A stretch of DNA of 64,000 nt from Moniliella sp. 'wahieum'. Lineage: Eukaryota. Below the pieces are notes generated by a model, which was not told where the DNA came from, did not search any database, and worked only from the letters and a program-made list of their open reading frames with translations. The stretch lies in NCBI GenBank assembly GCA_003971905.1, contig RSEE01000012.1, positions 248,001 to 312,000 on the forward strand. Reading direction: 5' to 3'. This document shows positions 35,609-48,320 of this stretch, in pieces. Position 1 is the first letter of the stretch; every line of letters starts with the position of its first letter. The translations under genes were made by a program, and so were the position numbers.

Positions 35609-38066
35609 ATGCTCGCTGCGCAGCTCCTCCGCACTTCTGCCCGCCGCGGCGCTGCCGCGGCCGGACTCGCATTCCTGCTGCCACCCGCGGGTACGCGTCC
35701 GCCACTGTTGCTGAGCAGGTGCCCGACGTGGACCCCGCCATGTTCAACGAGAAGGTGGAGATGTCCCCTCGAGGTTGGCAAGGGCCACTTTATCAACTAC
35801 AAGCGCATCTACGAACCTCCAGATCGTCAGGAGCGCCTCAACCGCCCGCTGACCATGTCGGAGAAGATCCTCTACGGCCACTTGGACGACCCCACCACCC
35901 AGACATTGACGTGGCGTTTCGTACCTCAAGCTGCGCCCGGACGTGCGTACCTTGCCTGTGTTCTCATCTGTATCGTTGGGCCAGTCGCTGACTATTCTTT
36001 TGCCTTGTAAGCGCGTCGCTTGCCAGGACGCTACGGCCCAGATGGCCCCTGGCAGTTCATGTCGGCTGGCCTTCCCAAGACCGCTGTTCCTACCATGTGC
36101 ACTGTGACCACTTGACCAGGCGCAGGTGGCGGTGAGGCCGACCTTGCTCGTGCCAGCAGATCAACAAGGAGGTGTACGACTTCCTTGCTACCTGCACGCC
36201 AAGTACGGCATTGGCTTCTGGAAGCCTGGTTCGGGTATCATTCACCAGATCATTCTCGAGAACTACGCTTTCCCCGGTGGTCTGATGATTGGTACCGACT
36301 CGCACACGCTAACGCTGGTGGTCTCAACATGATTGCTTGCGCGGTTGGTGGAGCGGACGCTGCTGGACGTGATGGCCAACCTGCCCTGGGAGCTCAAGTG
36401 CCCAAGGTGGTCGGTGTGGAGCTGAAGGGCAAGCTGTCGGGCTGGACTGCGCCCAAGGACGTGATCCTCAAGGTCGCGGGTGAGCTCACTGTCAAGGGTG
36501 GCACGGGCCCATCATTGAGTACAAGGGTACCGGTGTCTCGTCGCTCTCTGCTACGGGCATGGCTACCATCTGCAACATGGGTGCTGAGATTGGTGCGACC
36601 ACCTCGCTCTTCCCCTTCAACGAGCGCACTGAGGCCTACCTCAAGGCGACCAAGCGTGGTGACATTGCCGCGTACGCTTCCAAGTTCCAGAAGTACCTCC
36701 TTCCCGACGCTGACGCTTCGTACGACAAGCACATCACCATTGACCTTGACAACCTCGAGCCCCACATCAACGGCCCCTTCACGCCTGACCTTGCTACGCC
36801 CATCTCCAAGTTTGCCGAGGCGGTCAAGAAGAACGACTGGCCCGAGGAGCTCAAGGTGGCTCTCATTGGCTCGTGCACCAACTCGTCGTACGAGGACATG
36901 AGCCGTGCTGCGTTCATTGCTGCCGAGGCGGAGTCCCACGGTCTCAAGACCGTTTCGGGCTACACGGTCACTCCCGGTTCGGAGCAGATCCGGGCTACGA
37001 TTGAGCGTGACGGCCAGATGGAGACGCTGGAGAAGGCTGGTGGTATCGTGCTTGCCAACGCGTGCGGCCCTTGCATTGGCCAATGGGACCGCAAGGATGT
37101 TGCTAAGGGCGAGAAGAACTCGATCATCACCTCGTACAACCGTAACTTTACCGGCCGTAACGATGCCAACCCTGCGACGCACGCGTTTGTTGCCTCGCCC
37201 GACATGGTGACTGCCATGGCCTTTGCTGGCCGCCTCACCTTCAACCCCCTGACCGACTCGATCAAGGGCGCCGACGGCAAGGAGTTCAAGTTCTCTGAGC
37301 CGCAGGGCATTGAGCTCCCGGCCAAGGGCTACGACCCTGGTGAGAACACGTACCAGGCGCCTCCTGCTGACGGTGCCTCGATCGACGTGGCGATCAGCCC
37401 CGAGTCGGACCGTCTGCAGAAGCTTGCGCCATTTGCCAAGTGGGACGGAAGAACCCTACGGGTCTGCCCATTCTGATCAAGGCCAAGGGCAAGTGCACCA
37501 CTGACCACATCTCGGCTGGTGGGCCCTGGCTCAAGTACCGTGGCCACTTGCAGAACATCTCGAACAACTGTCTGATTGGCGCGATCAACGAGGCCAACGG
37601 TAAGGCCAACGAGGTGCAGAACAAGTTCACTGGCGAGTGGGGCGCTGTGCCGGCGACGGCCATCTACTACCGCGATCACGGCAAGCCGTGGGTTGTGATT
37701 GGGATGAGAACTATGGTGAGGGCTCGTCGCGTGAGCACGCTGCTTTGGAGCCCCGCTACCTCGGCGGCCGGGCGATCATCACCCGCTCCTTTGCCCGTAT
37801 CCACGAGACCAACCTCAAGAAGCAGGGCATGCTTGCGCTTACCTTTAAGAACCCCAAGGACTATGACAAGATCAAGCCACTGACCTGGTCGATCTCGAGG
37901 GTGTGACGGAGATGGCGCCTGGCTCGACCATTACCCTGGTTGCCCACCACGAGGACGGGTCGGAGGACAAGATTCCCCTCGCCCACACGTACACGAGGGC
38001 CAGATTGGCTGGTTCAAGGCTGGCTCGGCTTTGAACTTGATGGCGGCCCACGCTGCCAAGGCCTAA
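35609..38066 (+). CDS. ACO1: Aconitate hydratase, mitochondrial
   Basis: [127 protein letters not shown]. Intron ~35943-36011. Confidence 0.97.
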
Positions 38067-38489
38067 CGTGCACCGCGCAGTACCGCCTTGCCCGACCGGC
38101 TTCCTTCTCTGTGCTTGTCCCTAGTCTCTTATCTCCCAGATGATGCATGATGTACTCCATGAGGTGCAATGTGCAGGAGCCTACTATGAAAAAAAGCGTG
38201 CGAGCTTGCACTTCATTCCTTTAATTCCCCCTGCATTTTCTTTCTACTCGAATGACGTTGTAGACCTGAGGTATTTCGTAGCCTGAAGCCTCGCCTAGGG
38301 AGGGCTAGGTCACATGGAAAGGGAGTGGGAGCAACTGGGGGAGAGGCGAGTCAGCGCGTGGGTTTTGCAGTGTCGGCGCCTGGTTTCGGTTTCTGGCCGG
38401 GGCCGAGGGAGGCGGCGGATTTGGAGGGCACCGAGGCGTAGAAGATTTCGGTGCCGAGCGTGTCAAGGTAGAAGCGACGGACGCGGTGG

Positions 38490-39465
38490 CTACCGGCTCA
38501 CCCCGGCTCCCGTGAGGTACTGCAGTCCGCTGAGGACCGTGGTGGCGGCCACGATCCACTGTAATGGGACAAACGCACTGTTGAGCCACCCACCAGGCTG
38601 GTCCAGGCCGGGTGGGCAGTGGCAAAGCCTGCGGCGGAAGCAACTTCGGTGGCCTGCGCCAGCGCAGCAACAGGGTGGCCAGGCCAACGAGGAGCAGTTG
38701 GAGGAAAGTGTGTACTTGCTCAGCTGGGTCGGTTTGGCCATGACGCTGGGCAGGCTCGGGTCAAAGTACCTTCCCACCGTCTTGGGCGGCGGAAGGGTAC
38801 GGTAGCGAATGACAAACGCCGATAGGATCAGGCCCAGGTCGCGGGCAAGAATGAGCGCGAGAAGCGGCAAGGGGCAGCAGCCCGCTCATGCCCAGACAAT
38901 GACCATCGTGGCCATCAACCCCTTGTCGGCTGCCGGGTCGGCAATGCTCCCAAACACGGTTAGCCGACCGTGGTCGCCGAGCTAGCCAGCCGTCCAGCAC
39001 ATCCGTCACGCCCGCCACGAAACAGCAGGCCGGCCGCCGGGAGCATGTGGCCATGGAGGATCATCCAGCCAATAACGGGTACCATGGCCAGCCGGGCGCC
39101 GTCAGGGCATTGGGGATGGTGAGAATGTCCTCGCTCAGAGCGGGGCCCGAGGGACCGTGCTTGGCTGCATGCAGGTGGCAACAGCCTGGGTGATGGGCTT
39201 CTTACGCTCCGGTGGAGGTGCAGCGGACGAGCGGCGGGGGGCGGACGTGGCCAGCGCGCAGGTGGGGCTTCTCAAGGCGTAGCAGGAGACGAGGGGCGCA
39301 CACTAGGGCGGGTGGGGCGCACCGGGCCAGGTGGGGCGTGGGAAGGTGTGGACGCGGCGCGGCGCGGGGGCGCGCGGGCCCAGGGGAACAGCCCATCCGA
39401 TGCGGAGGCCAAGGCCGGGGCGAGGGCGAGGGCGAGCGGGGCACGCTGGTGGGGGCCAGCGCCAT
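38490..39465 (-). CDS. CRD1: Cardiolipin synthase (CDP-alcohol phosphatidyltransferase family)
   Basis: ILTIPN..RLAMVPVIGW, AGVTDVLDGWLARR, GSIADPAADK, RDLGLILSAFVIRYRTLPPPKTVGRYFDPSLPS, KPTQLSKY; Arg/Pro-rich presequence-like N-terminus. Confidence 0.88.
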
Positions 39466-40585
39466 GGCGAAGGGGGCAGGAGCGCTCCGGTGCTCGTGGG
39501 AGCGTGGGGCGGTGGGCGCGCGGGTGCGGATGCGATGCGGAGGGGATGGAGTGGACGGCTGCTGGACGGGCATCGCGCGCAGGCGTCCGCTTTGCCCAAC
39601 CCGCCCGCCTCCATCGCTTCCGTTGGGCCGCCGGGCGCTGCAGAAGAAATGCGGAGGCGGCGGCATGTGAAATGTTCAATGCCCCAGCTCTGCCCTTCTG
39701 CGTAGCAGGCTTGGCCTGGCCTGGAAGAGAGAGTGAGCCCTTGAAGGAGGCCGTGAGTGCCCCCCTCCCCCACCTACCAGACCATGCACTTGGTCTCCCC
39801 TATCCACAATGCCGCCTATAGCTTGCCACTCTAAAGAAAGGTGCTCAAGACGAACGCGTGCCCTCCGCTCAGGTGGGTGCTCAGTCGTTCAGCGTTCAAG
39901 CGTTCAAGTTCAACGTTGTTCATAACCCTGATCGTCCTGAACCTCTGTCTGGCACAAACGAACCTCGAACGAACGTGTGGAACGTACCATATGTCACAGC
40001 GGACGTTCGACTTTCGTAGCGGCGGCGGTGTAGCTGGCACAGACTGTGTGGGCGGAAGGCCAATCTGTGGGTGATGGCAGTGCTTTAACCCAAGTTCGTG
40101 TGGATCGTCTGCCCCACTCCCTTCCACTGCCGCAATGGATCAAGCTGCGTAGCTGGCCTGATGTTGTGAGGTTCGTGGATGCTCGGTGCATGCGGATCCA
40201 GCTGGTGCGCCACCAACACCATCCCCCTGCTGGGTTGATGGGGGGCTCAGGCCCTGAGGCGCTCCGGCTCAGCTGAGCAAGCTGCATCCAAGTGCAAGAA
40301 GGAGCAGTGGTGGGGCGGGCGCCGAGTTTGATTCTGCGGCCAGAAACGCGTCCAAGTCGCCTGTTACGTCCAGGCCAAAAGTTCTACTGCGGCCGGCACT
40401 GGCGCAGTGCCAGCCGAGTTTGATCGCTGCCCGCGCTGCCGGGCGCCAGTCTTGTGTCCGTGCACTGGGGGCGCACAACCCGCGCGCCGCACCGCACTGC
40501 ACCAGTGTCGCCCTGTCGTGCTTAACTGCGCCCACGTCTTCTAGCTTCGGTCTTTCGGCCCACATTTCTCCGCGCACTGGCCGCG

Positions 40586-40592
40586 TATATAA
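40586..40592 (+). promoter_or_regulatory. TATA box of the enolase gene
   Basis: TATATAA about 60 nt upstream of the ATG at 40654, followed by a pyrimidine-rich leader. Confidence 0.6.
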
Positions 40593-40653
40593 CAGCACGC
40601 CAAGCTTCCCACTCCGCCTCCTCTTTTCACCATCCTCTTTCCCTCCATTCGCC

Positions 40654-42078
40654 ATGTCCATCTCCAGCATCTTCGCTCGCCAGATTGTACGTTGCCCCTC
40701 CCTCCCTACTCACCGTGCTCCTTCCTTTGTCTTGCGGGATCGGTCAGACTGACCTGGCTTTTCCTGCTTTCAGTTCGACTCGCGTGGCAACCCCACCGTC
40801 GAGGTTGACCTCACCACCGAGAAGGGTCTCTTCCGCGCTGCCGTTCCCTCGGGTGCCTCGACCGGTATCCACGAGGCCGTGGAGCTCCGCGACGGCGGCA
40901 AGGCCTACATGGGCAAGGGCGTCACCAAGGCTGTTGCCAACGTGAACGACATCATTGCCCCCGCCCTCATCAAGGCCAAGATTCCCGTCACTGACCAGAA
41001 GGCCATTGACGCTTTCCTCAACCAGCTTGACGGTACCCCCAACAAGGGCAAGCTCGGTGCCAACGCCATCCTTGGTGTCTCGACGGCCGCCTCCAAGGCT
41101 GGTGCCGCCCACGCGGACCTTCCTCTGTACAAGTACTACGCCAAGCTGGCTGGTATTGCCCCCCCTTACGTCCTGCCTAGCATTGCTTGCAACGTCATCA
41201 ACGGCGGTGAGCACGCTGGCAACCGTCTGGCCTTCCAGGAGTTCATGATTGTCCCTACGGGCGCCAAGACCTTCACTGAGGCCATGCAGGTCGCTACTGA
41301 GGTGTACCACAACCTCAAGTCGGTCATCAAGGCCAAGTACGGCATTGACGCTACCAACGTCGGTGACGAGGGTGGCTTTGCTCCCAACGTTGAGGGTGCC
41401 GAGGAGTCTCTGGAGCTGCTCACTGCCGCCATTGAGAAGGCTGGCTACACGGGCAAGGTCCACATCTCGCTCGACGTTGCCTCGTCCGAGTTCTACAAGA
41501 ACGGCAAGTACGACCTTGACTTCAAGAACCCCAACTCGGACCCGAGCAAGTGGCTCACGGGCAAGGAGCTGGCCGATGTGTACCTTGGCTACATCAAGAA
41601 GTACCCCATTGCCTCGATTGAGGACCCCTTCGAGCAGGACGACTGGGAGGCGTGGAGCTACTTCCGTGCCAACGCTGTGTGTGACCGTCATTGGTGACGA
41701 CCTGACGGTCACCAACGTGCTCCGGATTAAGGACGCCATTGCCAAGAAGTCGTGCAACGGTCTTCTGCTCAAGATCAACCAGATCGGCACTATCACCGAG
41801 TCGATTGAGGCTGCCAAGCTCGCCCAGTCGGACGGCTGGGCCGTCATGGTGTCCCACCGCTCGGGCGAGACGGAGGACACGTCGATTGCCGACCTTGTTG
41901 TCGGTCTCGGCGCGGGCCTGATCAAGTCGGGTGCTCCTGCCCGCTCGGAGCGTGTGGCCAAGTAAACCAGCTCCTCCGCATTGAGCACCTCGAGCCCACC
42001 TCGACCTACGCTGGCATTGACTCGTTCACCCGCAACAACCAGCCCCCCAAGGTGCTCACCAACCAGCACAAGGCCTAA
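40654..42078 (+). CDS. ENO1: Enolase
   Basis: [11 protein letters not shown] | [93 protein letters not shown]. Intron 40687-40773; strong codon bias. Confidence 0.98.
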
Positions 42079-42481
42079 GCGTGGTGTTGCCCTTACCCTT
42101 ACAACGTAAAACGTACGAAGGTCTCGCTACGCCTCTCATGAGTTCATGACGATCCTGTTTGTACCCCAAAATCCATTTCTCTTTGTCGCTGTATCTTGCA
42201 CAGCAACCGGCACACCACCAAGACGTATAGTGCAAGGGAAAACTTACGGTTACAGCTGCCCACATCCAACTAGACACAGAGACAGAGTACTACTGGCACG
42301 CAACTGCGGCCCCCCGCCATGTCGTGCCCAGCTCGCCTTCCCTCTTCCGTCCCTGGCCGGAACAGTAGTTGAACACGTTTTGGAATCCTGTTTGCGCCTT
42401 TTGTTCATGAGAGTACTTGTCTGACAACCTGTACAGTGCCAACACTGTCCTTCTTTGCTAACGTCGAGTTGGACGGATCTT

Positions 42482-43825
42482 AGCTGAGCGCTGAAGCTTG
42501 AAGTTTTGGCGCTAGCTACTGGGAATGATTAATGAGGCCTGAGGCCTGAGGCTCAGGCCTGAGGAAAGCTTGTACAAGTCGTAGCAGACCTCTGTAGGAC
42601 TAGGAGATCCCTCTTTGATCCGTGATGCATGCAAGTACTGAGTAGAAAAGGCTCAAAAAGTCGCCCGCTGCTCTCCAGACACTGACTGGGACCGTCCTCT
42701 ACAGAGGGGATGTGTCAGGGGCGGTGTCTTGGTGAGCTCCGAGACAGAGCTTGACCGAGCTCGTCTCCGAGGTTTTGCGGCGATACCCGGTCCACGGTCC
42801 ACGTTGCACGTTCCACGTTGCACCTTATTTGGAAGCCGCTGGAGCCACTGGAGTCCCTGTGACTAGTGACTAGTGACTAGTCACTAGTCACGCCCGGTAT
42901 GTCCGGCGTAACGCGTAAACGTTAAACGTTAAACGTTAAATGGCAAGAGAGACGCCCGCTCCTTCGCAGCAGACCAATGCCACAAGCGCATCGCAATGGG
43001 TGTGCAGGTACGGAGCATACGCCAGGTGATACTGATGCCAGCGGAACGTGGGAACTTTGGGCCGGTGCGGCGAGCCATGCTTCATGCAAAGTTTGAAGCT
43101 GGTTGCTTTTGAAGCTTGAAGAGCTTGAAGCTTGCCTCTGCTCTGCAAACGGACTCGTCCCGGTGGCATTATGCACGCCAAGCTCCCACGCCCGAAACGT
43201 CTATCCGCCGCGGGTGCGCTGTCCCGTGCTGTCTCTCTCATCGATCATTCTCGCACCCCTCTCTCCTGGATCTGCTGTGATCGATGTGATCGATATTCAA
43301 TGATCACATGTCACATGTCACATCCAGCGAGCTAACCATAGCCAGGACGCGCTCCAATCAGCTGCAGAGTCATCCGGTGTGTTTGCCGAACATCCATTGC
43401 GTCTGCCCGGCCCGATTCATGGCGGGAGACGAGGGAGGAAGACAAAAGCACTCGTCTTGGCTCGGGCATGCTGGTTGGGAGCCACAATGTTCGGGATGTC
43501 GGAGGCAGGATGCATGATGCATGATGCATGATGCGAGTTCGAACCTACCCAACACGCCCAACATCAGCAGTATCACGCGTCCTGCATAGGTCACCAGTCA
43601 CCTATGTATGATGCATGACATGCACGAGCCACTACAAGTGGCGCACGTGGTGCTGTGGTTTCTTCAGAGCATTCTGGTGGGACAAGGGTTACCGGGGTTA
43701 CCGGTTAAGCTTAAGGCCAAGGAAGCTTCATCGATCGATGAATGGGCAGCACGGCCAAGCCAATTCGATCGAGCAACCGCGGTTAAGCGTAACGCGTAAG
43801 CGCCAAGCGTGCGTAAAGCTTAAAG
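42482..43825. repeat. Cluster of 7-bp-periodic palindromic micro-arrays (ANNNNT + 1 nt)
   Basis: AGGCCT-G repeats at 42535, ACTAGT x4 at 42862-42888, ACGCGT-A-(AACGTT-A)3 at 42911-42938, ACATGT-C repeats at 43306, ATGCAT-G x3 at 43510, ACCGGT-T-AAGCTT at 43700. Confidence 0.85.
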
Positions 43826-44666
43826 GTAAGCCGCCAGCCAGCTCCTTGGTTTTGGCTTGGCCTCGGAGTTGGATGGAGATACACTAGGATGGAATGAATC
43901 TTAGATGGGTCAGTGGCCGGGACACGAGTACGCGGGCGAGGCGTGACGCGTGAGGGAAGGGAGCCAGTTCAGTCGGATGAGCTGGATGGGCGGGTTGGGG
44001 GCGCGTGGCAACAGAGAGTGGGCAGCTGCTGGACCAAAGGAAGTCCGAGGCAAGCTCAGGCCATGGGATCAATATCAATCTCAATCTCAATCTCAATCTC
44101 AATATCAATATCAATCCAAGGCCGTGAGCGCGTGAGCCATGATTAGTGGGCGAATGGCCTGCGAGCGCCAATGGGTGCACGGTGGTTGGAATTTGGGGGT
44201 GCTAGGTACTGGTTGGTAGGTACTGGCTCCTGGCTGCGACGTGTCATGTGCCAGCCCACACCAGACGCCGCCCTCCTTGCTTGTTCCTGCAGGCCACCGC
44301 ATATTGCCGGGCATGTGGATGCGGCCGCTGGCGTGCGCTGCTGCGCTGCTGGCCCCTGCACCCTGCCTGCTGCCCGCCGCAGCACATCATCCATCACCCA
44401 TGCATCACCGGCCTCATCGATCTCATCCGGCCGTCCGATGGGACATGTCACATGTCACGCGTCCCCGTCACACTCACACATCACACGTCCCATGTCACAC
44501 CTGTCGCCCAACCCCGGCTGCGGCGAGCAGCGCACCCCAGCAGGACCACAATGCACAAAGACCCCAGCGGACTAGCGGAGAAAGGGACGGGTGGGCAGTG
44601 CGCTGCAGTGCGGGCCTGTCGGCGCCCCCGTGGCTGGGTGGCCCCACACTGCCCGTCTGCCTGCCC

Positions 44667-44683
44667 GATAAGCGCCGGATAAG
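44667..44683 (+). promoter_or_regulatory. Tandem GATAAG sites (candidate AreA/Nit2-type GATA-factor sites) upstream of the ammonium transporter
   Basis: GATAAG at 44667-44672 and 44678-44683, about 310 nt upstream of the ATG; TATA-like TATATAG near 44877. Confidence 0.5.
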
Positions 44684-44986
44684 GTTGGGTCTGAGTCGCC
44701 GCAAGGAGGCACACTGGTGCGGTGCCTGCGCTCCATTGGCGGCGGCCGACGCAGTGTTCAGCCTGCGCGCTCACTAGCTCACTGCCCCGTGGCACGAGCC
44801 TCGCGCGCCCAGTGGGCCGCTCCAGGCACCACTGCACTCTCGGGCGCTGCATGCGGTTTGCGCTCGCAGGCGTGGTATATAGCTTGGCCACACCCGTCTC
44901 CCCCGCCGCGCAAAAAAAGCCTCGCCCCGTGTCACCTCCATCGCTTTCTGCCGCCCCCGCCTCCCTCGGTCGTGCGCGCTCCCAGC

Positions 44987-46427
44987 ATGCTTGCCGACAC
45001 GTACAACGCCACCCTCACCCCGAGGGCAACATCCAGATCTGGGTCGATGGCACGCCGCAGGTGTACAACCTCGGCGACATTGCCTGGATCATCACGGCCT
45101 CGGCCCTGGTCATGCTCATGATTCCCGGTCTGGGCTTTTTCTATGGCGGCCTGCTGCGCCGCAAGAGCGCGCTGTCGATGATCTGGATGAGCATGGCCGT
45201 CATGGCCGTCGTGTTTGTCCAGTGGTTCTTCTGGGGCTTTTCCCTCGCGTTTTCCGAGACGGGATCGGCGTTCATTGGTGACCTGAGGCACTTTGGTTTG
45301 ATGAAGGTCGACCTCGGCCCGTCGGTCGGCTCGTCCAGTATCCCGTCGCTCTTGTTTTGTCTGTACCAGGGCATGTTTGCTGCCATCACGCCGGTGATTG
45401 CGTGCGGTGCGTTTGCCGACCGTGCGCGGCTCGGCCCGGTCCTGATCTTTACCTTTTGCTGGAGCACGATTGTGTACTCGCCGCTGGCCAACTCGACATG
45501 GAACAATGGCGTGGGCTGGGGCAACGTGATGGGCGGCCTTGATTTTGCGGGGGGCACACCGGTGCACACGTCTTCGGGCGTCGCGGCACTGGCCATCAGC
45601 TTGTTCCTGGGCAAGCGCTCGGGGTACGGTACTGAGCGCCTGGCTTACCGCCCATACAATGTATCGTACGTCGTGCTCGGCACCGTGTTCCTCTGGGTCG
45701 GCTGGATTGGATTCAACGGTGGCTCAGCCTTGGGCGCCAACCTGCGTGCGGTGCAAGCCACAATGGTTACCATTGTCGCCGCGGCCATGGGCGGGATCAC
45801 ATGGATGTTGTGGGATTACCGCTTGGAGCGCAAGTGGTCCACGGTGGGCTTTTGTTCGGGCGTGATTAGTGGTCTGGTCGCCATTACGCCCGCGTCGGGC
45901 TACGTCAGCACGCCCTCGAGTCTTGTCTTTGGCGTGGTGGGCGCGACAGTGTGCAACTTTGGCACGGGGCTCAAGACGTTGTTGCAGGTGGACGATTCGC
46001 TGGATATCTTTGCGGCGCATGCGATTGGCGGGGTGGCCGGCAACGTCATGACGCCCTCTTTGCCGACAACCGAGTCGCTTCCTTTGACTTGTCCGACCCC
46101 ATTGACGGCGGCTGGATCAACCACCACTACGTTCAATTGGGCTACCAATTGGCCGACTCGTGCTACGGCGTGGGCTGGAGCTTTGTCATGACCCTCATCC
46201 TCCTCTTCCTCATTGACCGCATTCCCTTCTGCTACTTCCGCGTCAGCGAGGAGGACGAGCTGCTGGGCATTGACCTGGCCCAGATTGGCGAGGAAGTCAT
46301 GTACCAACCCGTCGGGCCTGCTCCTACCAACGACACGCACCTCGCCGAGGTCGTCCTGGGCGATACCGACGGCCGCTCGCTTTCCACCGAAAAGGATGCT
46401 CCGGCACCTACGACCGCCACGCACTAA
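44987..46427 (+). CDS. Ammonium transporter (Amt/Mep family)
   Basis: GDIAWIITASALVMLMIPGLGFFYGG, YQGMFAAITP, LDFAGGTPVH, LWVGWIGFNGGS, SGLVAITPASG, VDDSLDIFAAHAIGG. Both pore histidines are retained (twin-His, Mep2-like). Confidence 0.96.
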
Positions 46428-46874
46428 GGCGCGAGACCCACGTCTCTTTGATTTCTTTCTTTTGCCTTTGTTTTCCCCGGCGAGCTTACCTCCTTTTCCT
46501 TTTCCTTTTGTCTGGCGCTCCTTGCTCCCCAATGTTGTCGCGGTTGCTTGTACGGTTTCGTGGATGTGTGCGACTCGCTCCTGCCGGATCACACGGTTCC
46601 TTTGGACCAATATATCCCCCTCTCTAGTTCCACGAATGTGCAAGATCAAGATGAGCCTGGCTTGAGTTTTAGCTATCGGTGGCGCGGTGGGCCGCATGGC
46701 ACTCTATCTCATATCATAGATCAGGCAGGTAGAGGTAGAATACGGCAGACAAAACAACGGTGCCATGCAATGGTTCTGGGGCAGTCCTGGAGGGAAAGGA
46801 AAGGAACGGATAAGATGGCGCGGCTCGACTGGGGCTCGGCCCGGCGCTAGCTCGGGACAACAAGACCGGCATGG

Positions 46875-48320
46875 CTACGCCGTGTCCGCGACGCCAGCCA
46901 GGTCGGGCTTGAGGCCGAGACCCGGTTGGTCCTGGATGTGCACGCCGTCCTGGCTGCGCTTCGTGCAAGCAGTCGACGAGTCGGGTGGGCCTGTCGCCCT
47001 CGACGCCGCATGCGGCTGCATCACCTTCTCTTCAAACGAGCCCATGCCGCGCATGCCCCAGCGCGCCAGCATCGCCTTGTCCACCTCCCAACTCGACGTG
47101 GGCGTCGTCAACATCCGTTCTCCCGTAAAGATTGCGTTGGCGCCGGCCAAAAACGCAAATGCCTGTTCCGACTCGGTGTACATGTGACGCCCCGCCGCCA
47201 GCCGAATGATCGAGGTGGGCAAGACGAGGCGAGCGGTAGCAATGGTGCGCAGCATGGTTTGGAAGTCGGTGGGCTAGCAAGGCCAAGCGGAAGCGGAAAC
47301 GGAAGCGGAAGCAGAAGTGGAGTTAGCGCGGTACCAAGGTTATAGGTGAAGGGGGAGGAGAGGTGGGGAAGGAGTTCGAGTCAGCGTGGGAGTCTGGAGA
47401 TACGTACCTCGTTCTCGGCCATGGGCGTGCCCGGGATGGCCACCAGCGCATTGACGGGGAACGATTCGGGAGGTTCGGGCAGGCGGGACATTTCCCAAAT
47501 CAGGCCCACCCGGTCCTCCTTTTCTTCGCCGAGGCCGAGAATGCCGCCGGAGCAGACAGAGATGCCAGCTTGGCGCGCATTGTTGATCGTCTCGATCCGG
47601 TCGTCGTAGGAGCGGGTGGTGACGACTTTGCTGTAGTACTCGCGCGAGGTGTCGAGGTTATGGTTGTAAGCGGTCAAGCCGGCCTGTTTGAGCTGCGCCG
47701 CCTGTTCGGGCGTCAACATGCCCAGCGTCGTGCACACTTCCATGTCCATCGCCCGGATACCACGGACCATATCGAGGATACGGTTGAACCCACGCTTACG
47801 TCCACCCACTTCCCGCCACGCTGCGCCCATGCAAAACCGTGTCGAGCCATTGGCTTTGGCCCTGCGCGCCTCGGCCAGGACCGAGTCGACGTCCGACAAG
47901 GGCGTCGCGCCGGATGACGTGTCGTACTTGGACGACTGGGAGCAGTAGCCACAGTCCTCACTGCAGCCGCCCTCCTTGATGTTCATCAACGTGCACAGTT
48001 GCATCGCCGCCGGGTCGTGGTGGGCGCGATGCACGCTCGCCGCGCGCGAAAGACAAGGTCGAGCAACGGACCATTGTACAGCTCATCCACTTCGTCGCGC
48101 GTCCACTCCCGCCGCGACGGCAGCTCCGTCGGCGCACCACCCTCGTGGGCCAGCGCGGCGTCCGGGTGGACAGCTGCGTCGGCACCGCATGCAGGCTGGC
48201 GGCGTGGGAGGTGAAGCTGCGGCGGGCGGCGGCGGGGGCGAGGAGCAGAGGCGAGCGCGCCAGGGCGCTCGTGGCGGCGGCGGCCAGGGCAGGCGAGCGG
48301 GGCGCAAGGCGAGAGAGCAT
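46875..48320 (-). CDS. BIO2: Biotin synthase (radical SAM), mitochondrial
   Basis: Presequence MLSRLAPRS..., QLCTLMNIKEGGCSEDCGYCSQSSKY (CxxxCxxC), RFCMGAAWR, AYNHNLDTSRE, PESFPVNALV, IIRLAAGR, AGANAIFTGERMLTT. Intron 47274-47407. Confidence 0.96.

Noticed and set aside
40744..42069. 441-aa antisense ORF over enolase (similar ones over ACO1, CYT1 and ADO1)
   Set aside because: Expected shadow of strong C/T-ending codon bias in highly expressed GC-rich genes; no independent motifs.
42060..42120. Cryptic peroxisomal targeting by stop read-through on enolase, aconitase or ADO1
   Set aside because: All three stops are TAA without the TGA-CTA read-through context, and I saw no clear PTS1-ending extension.
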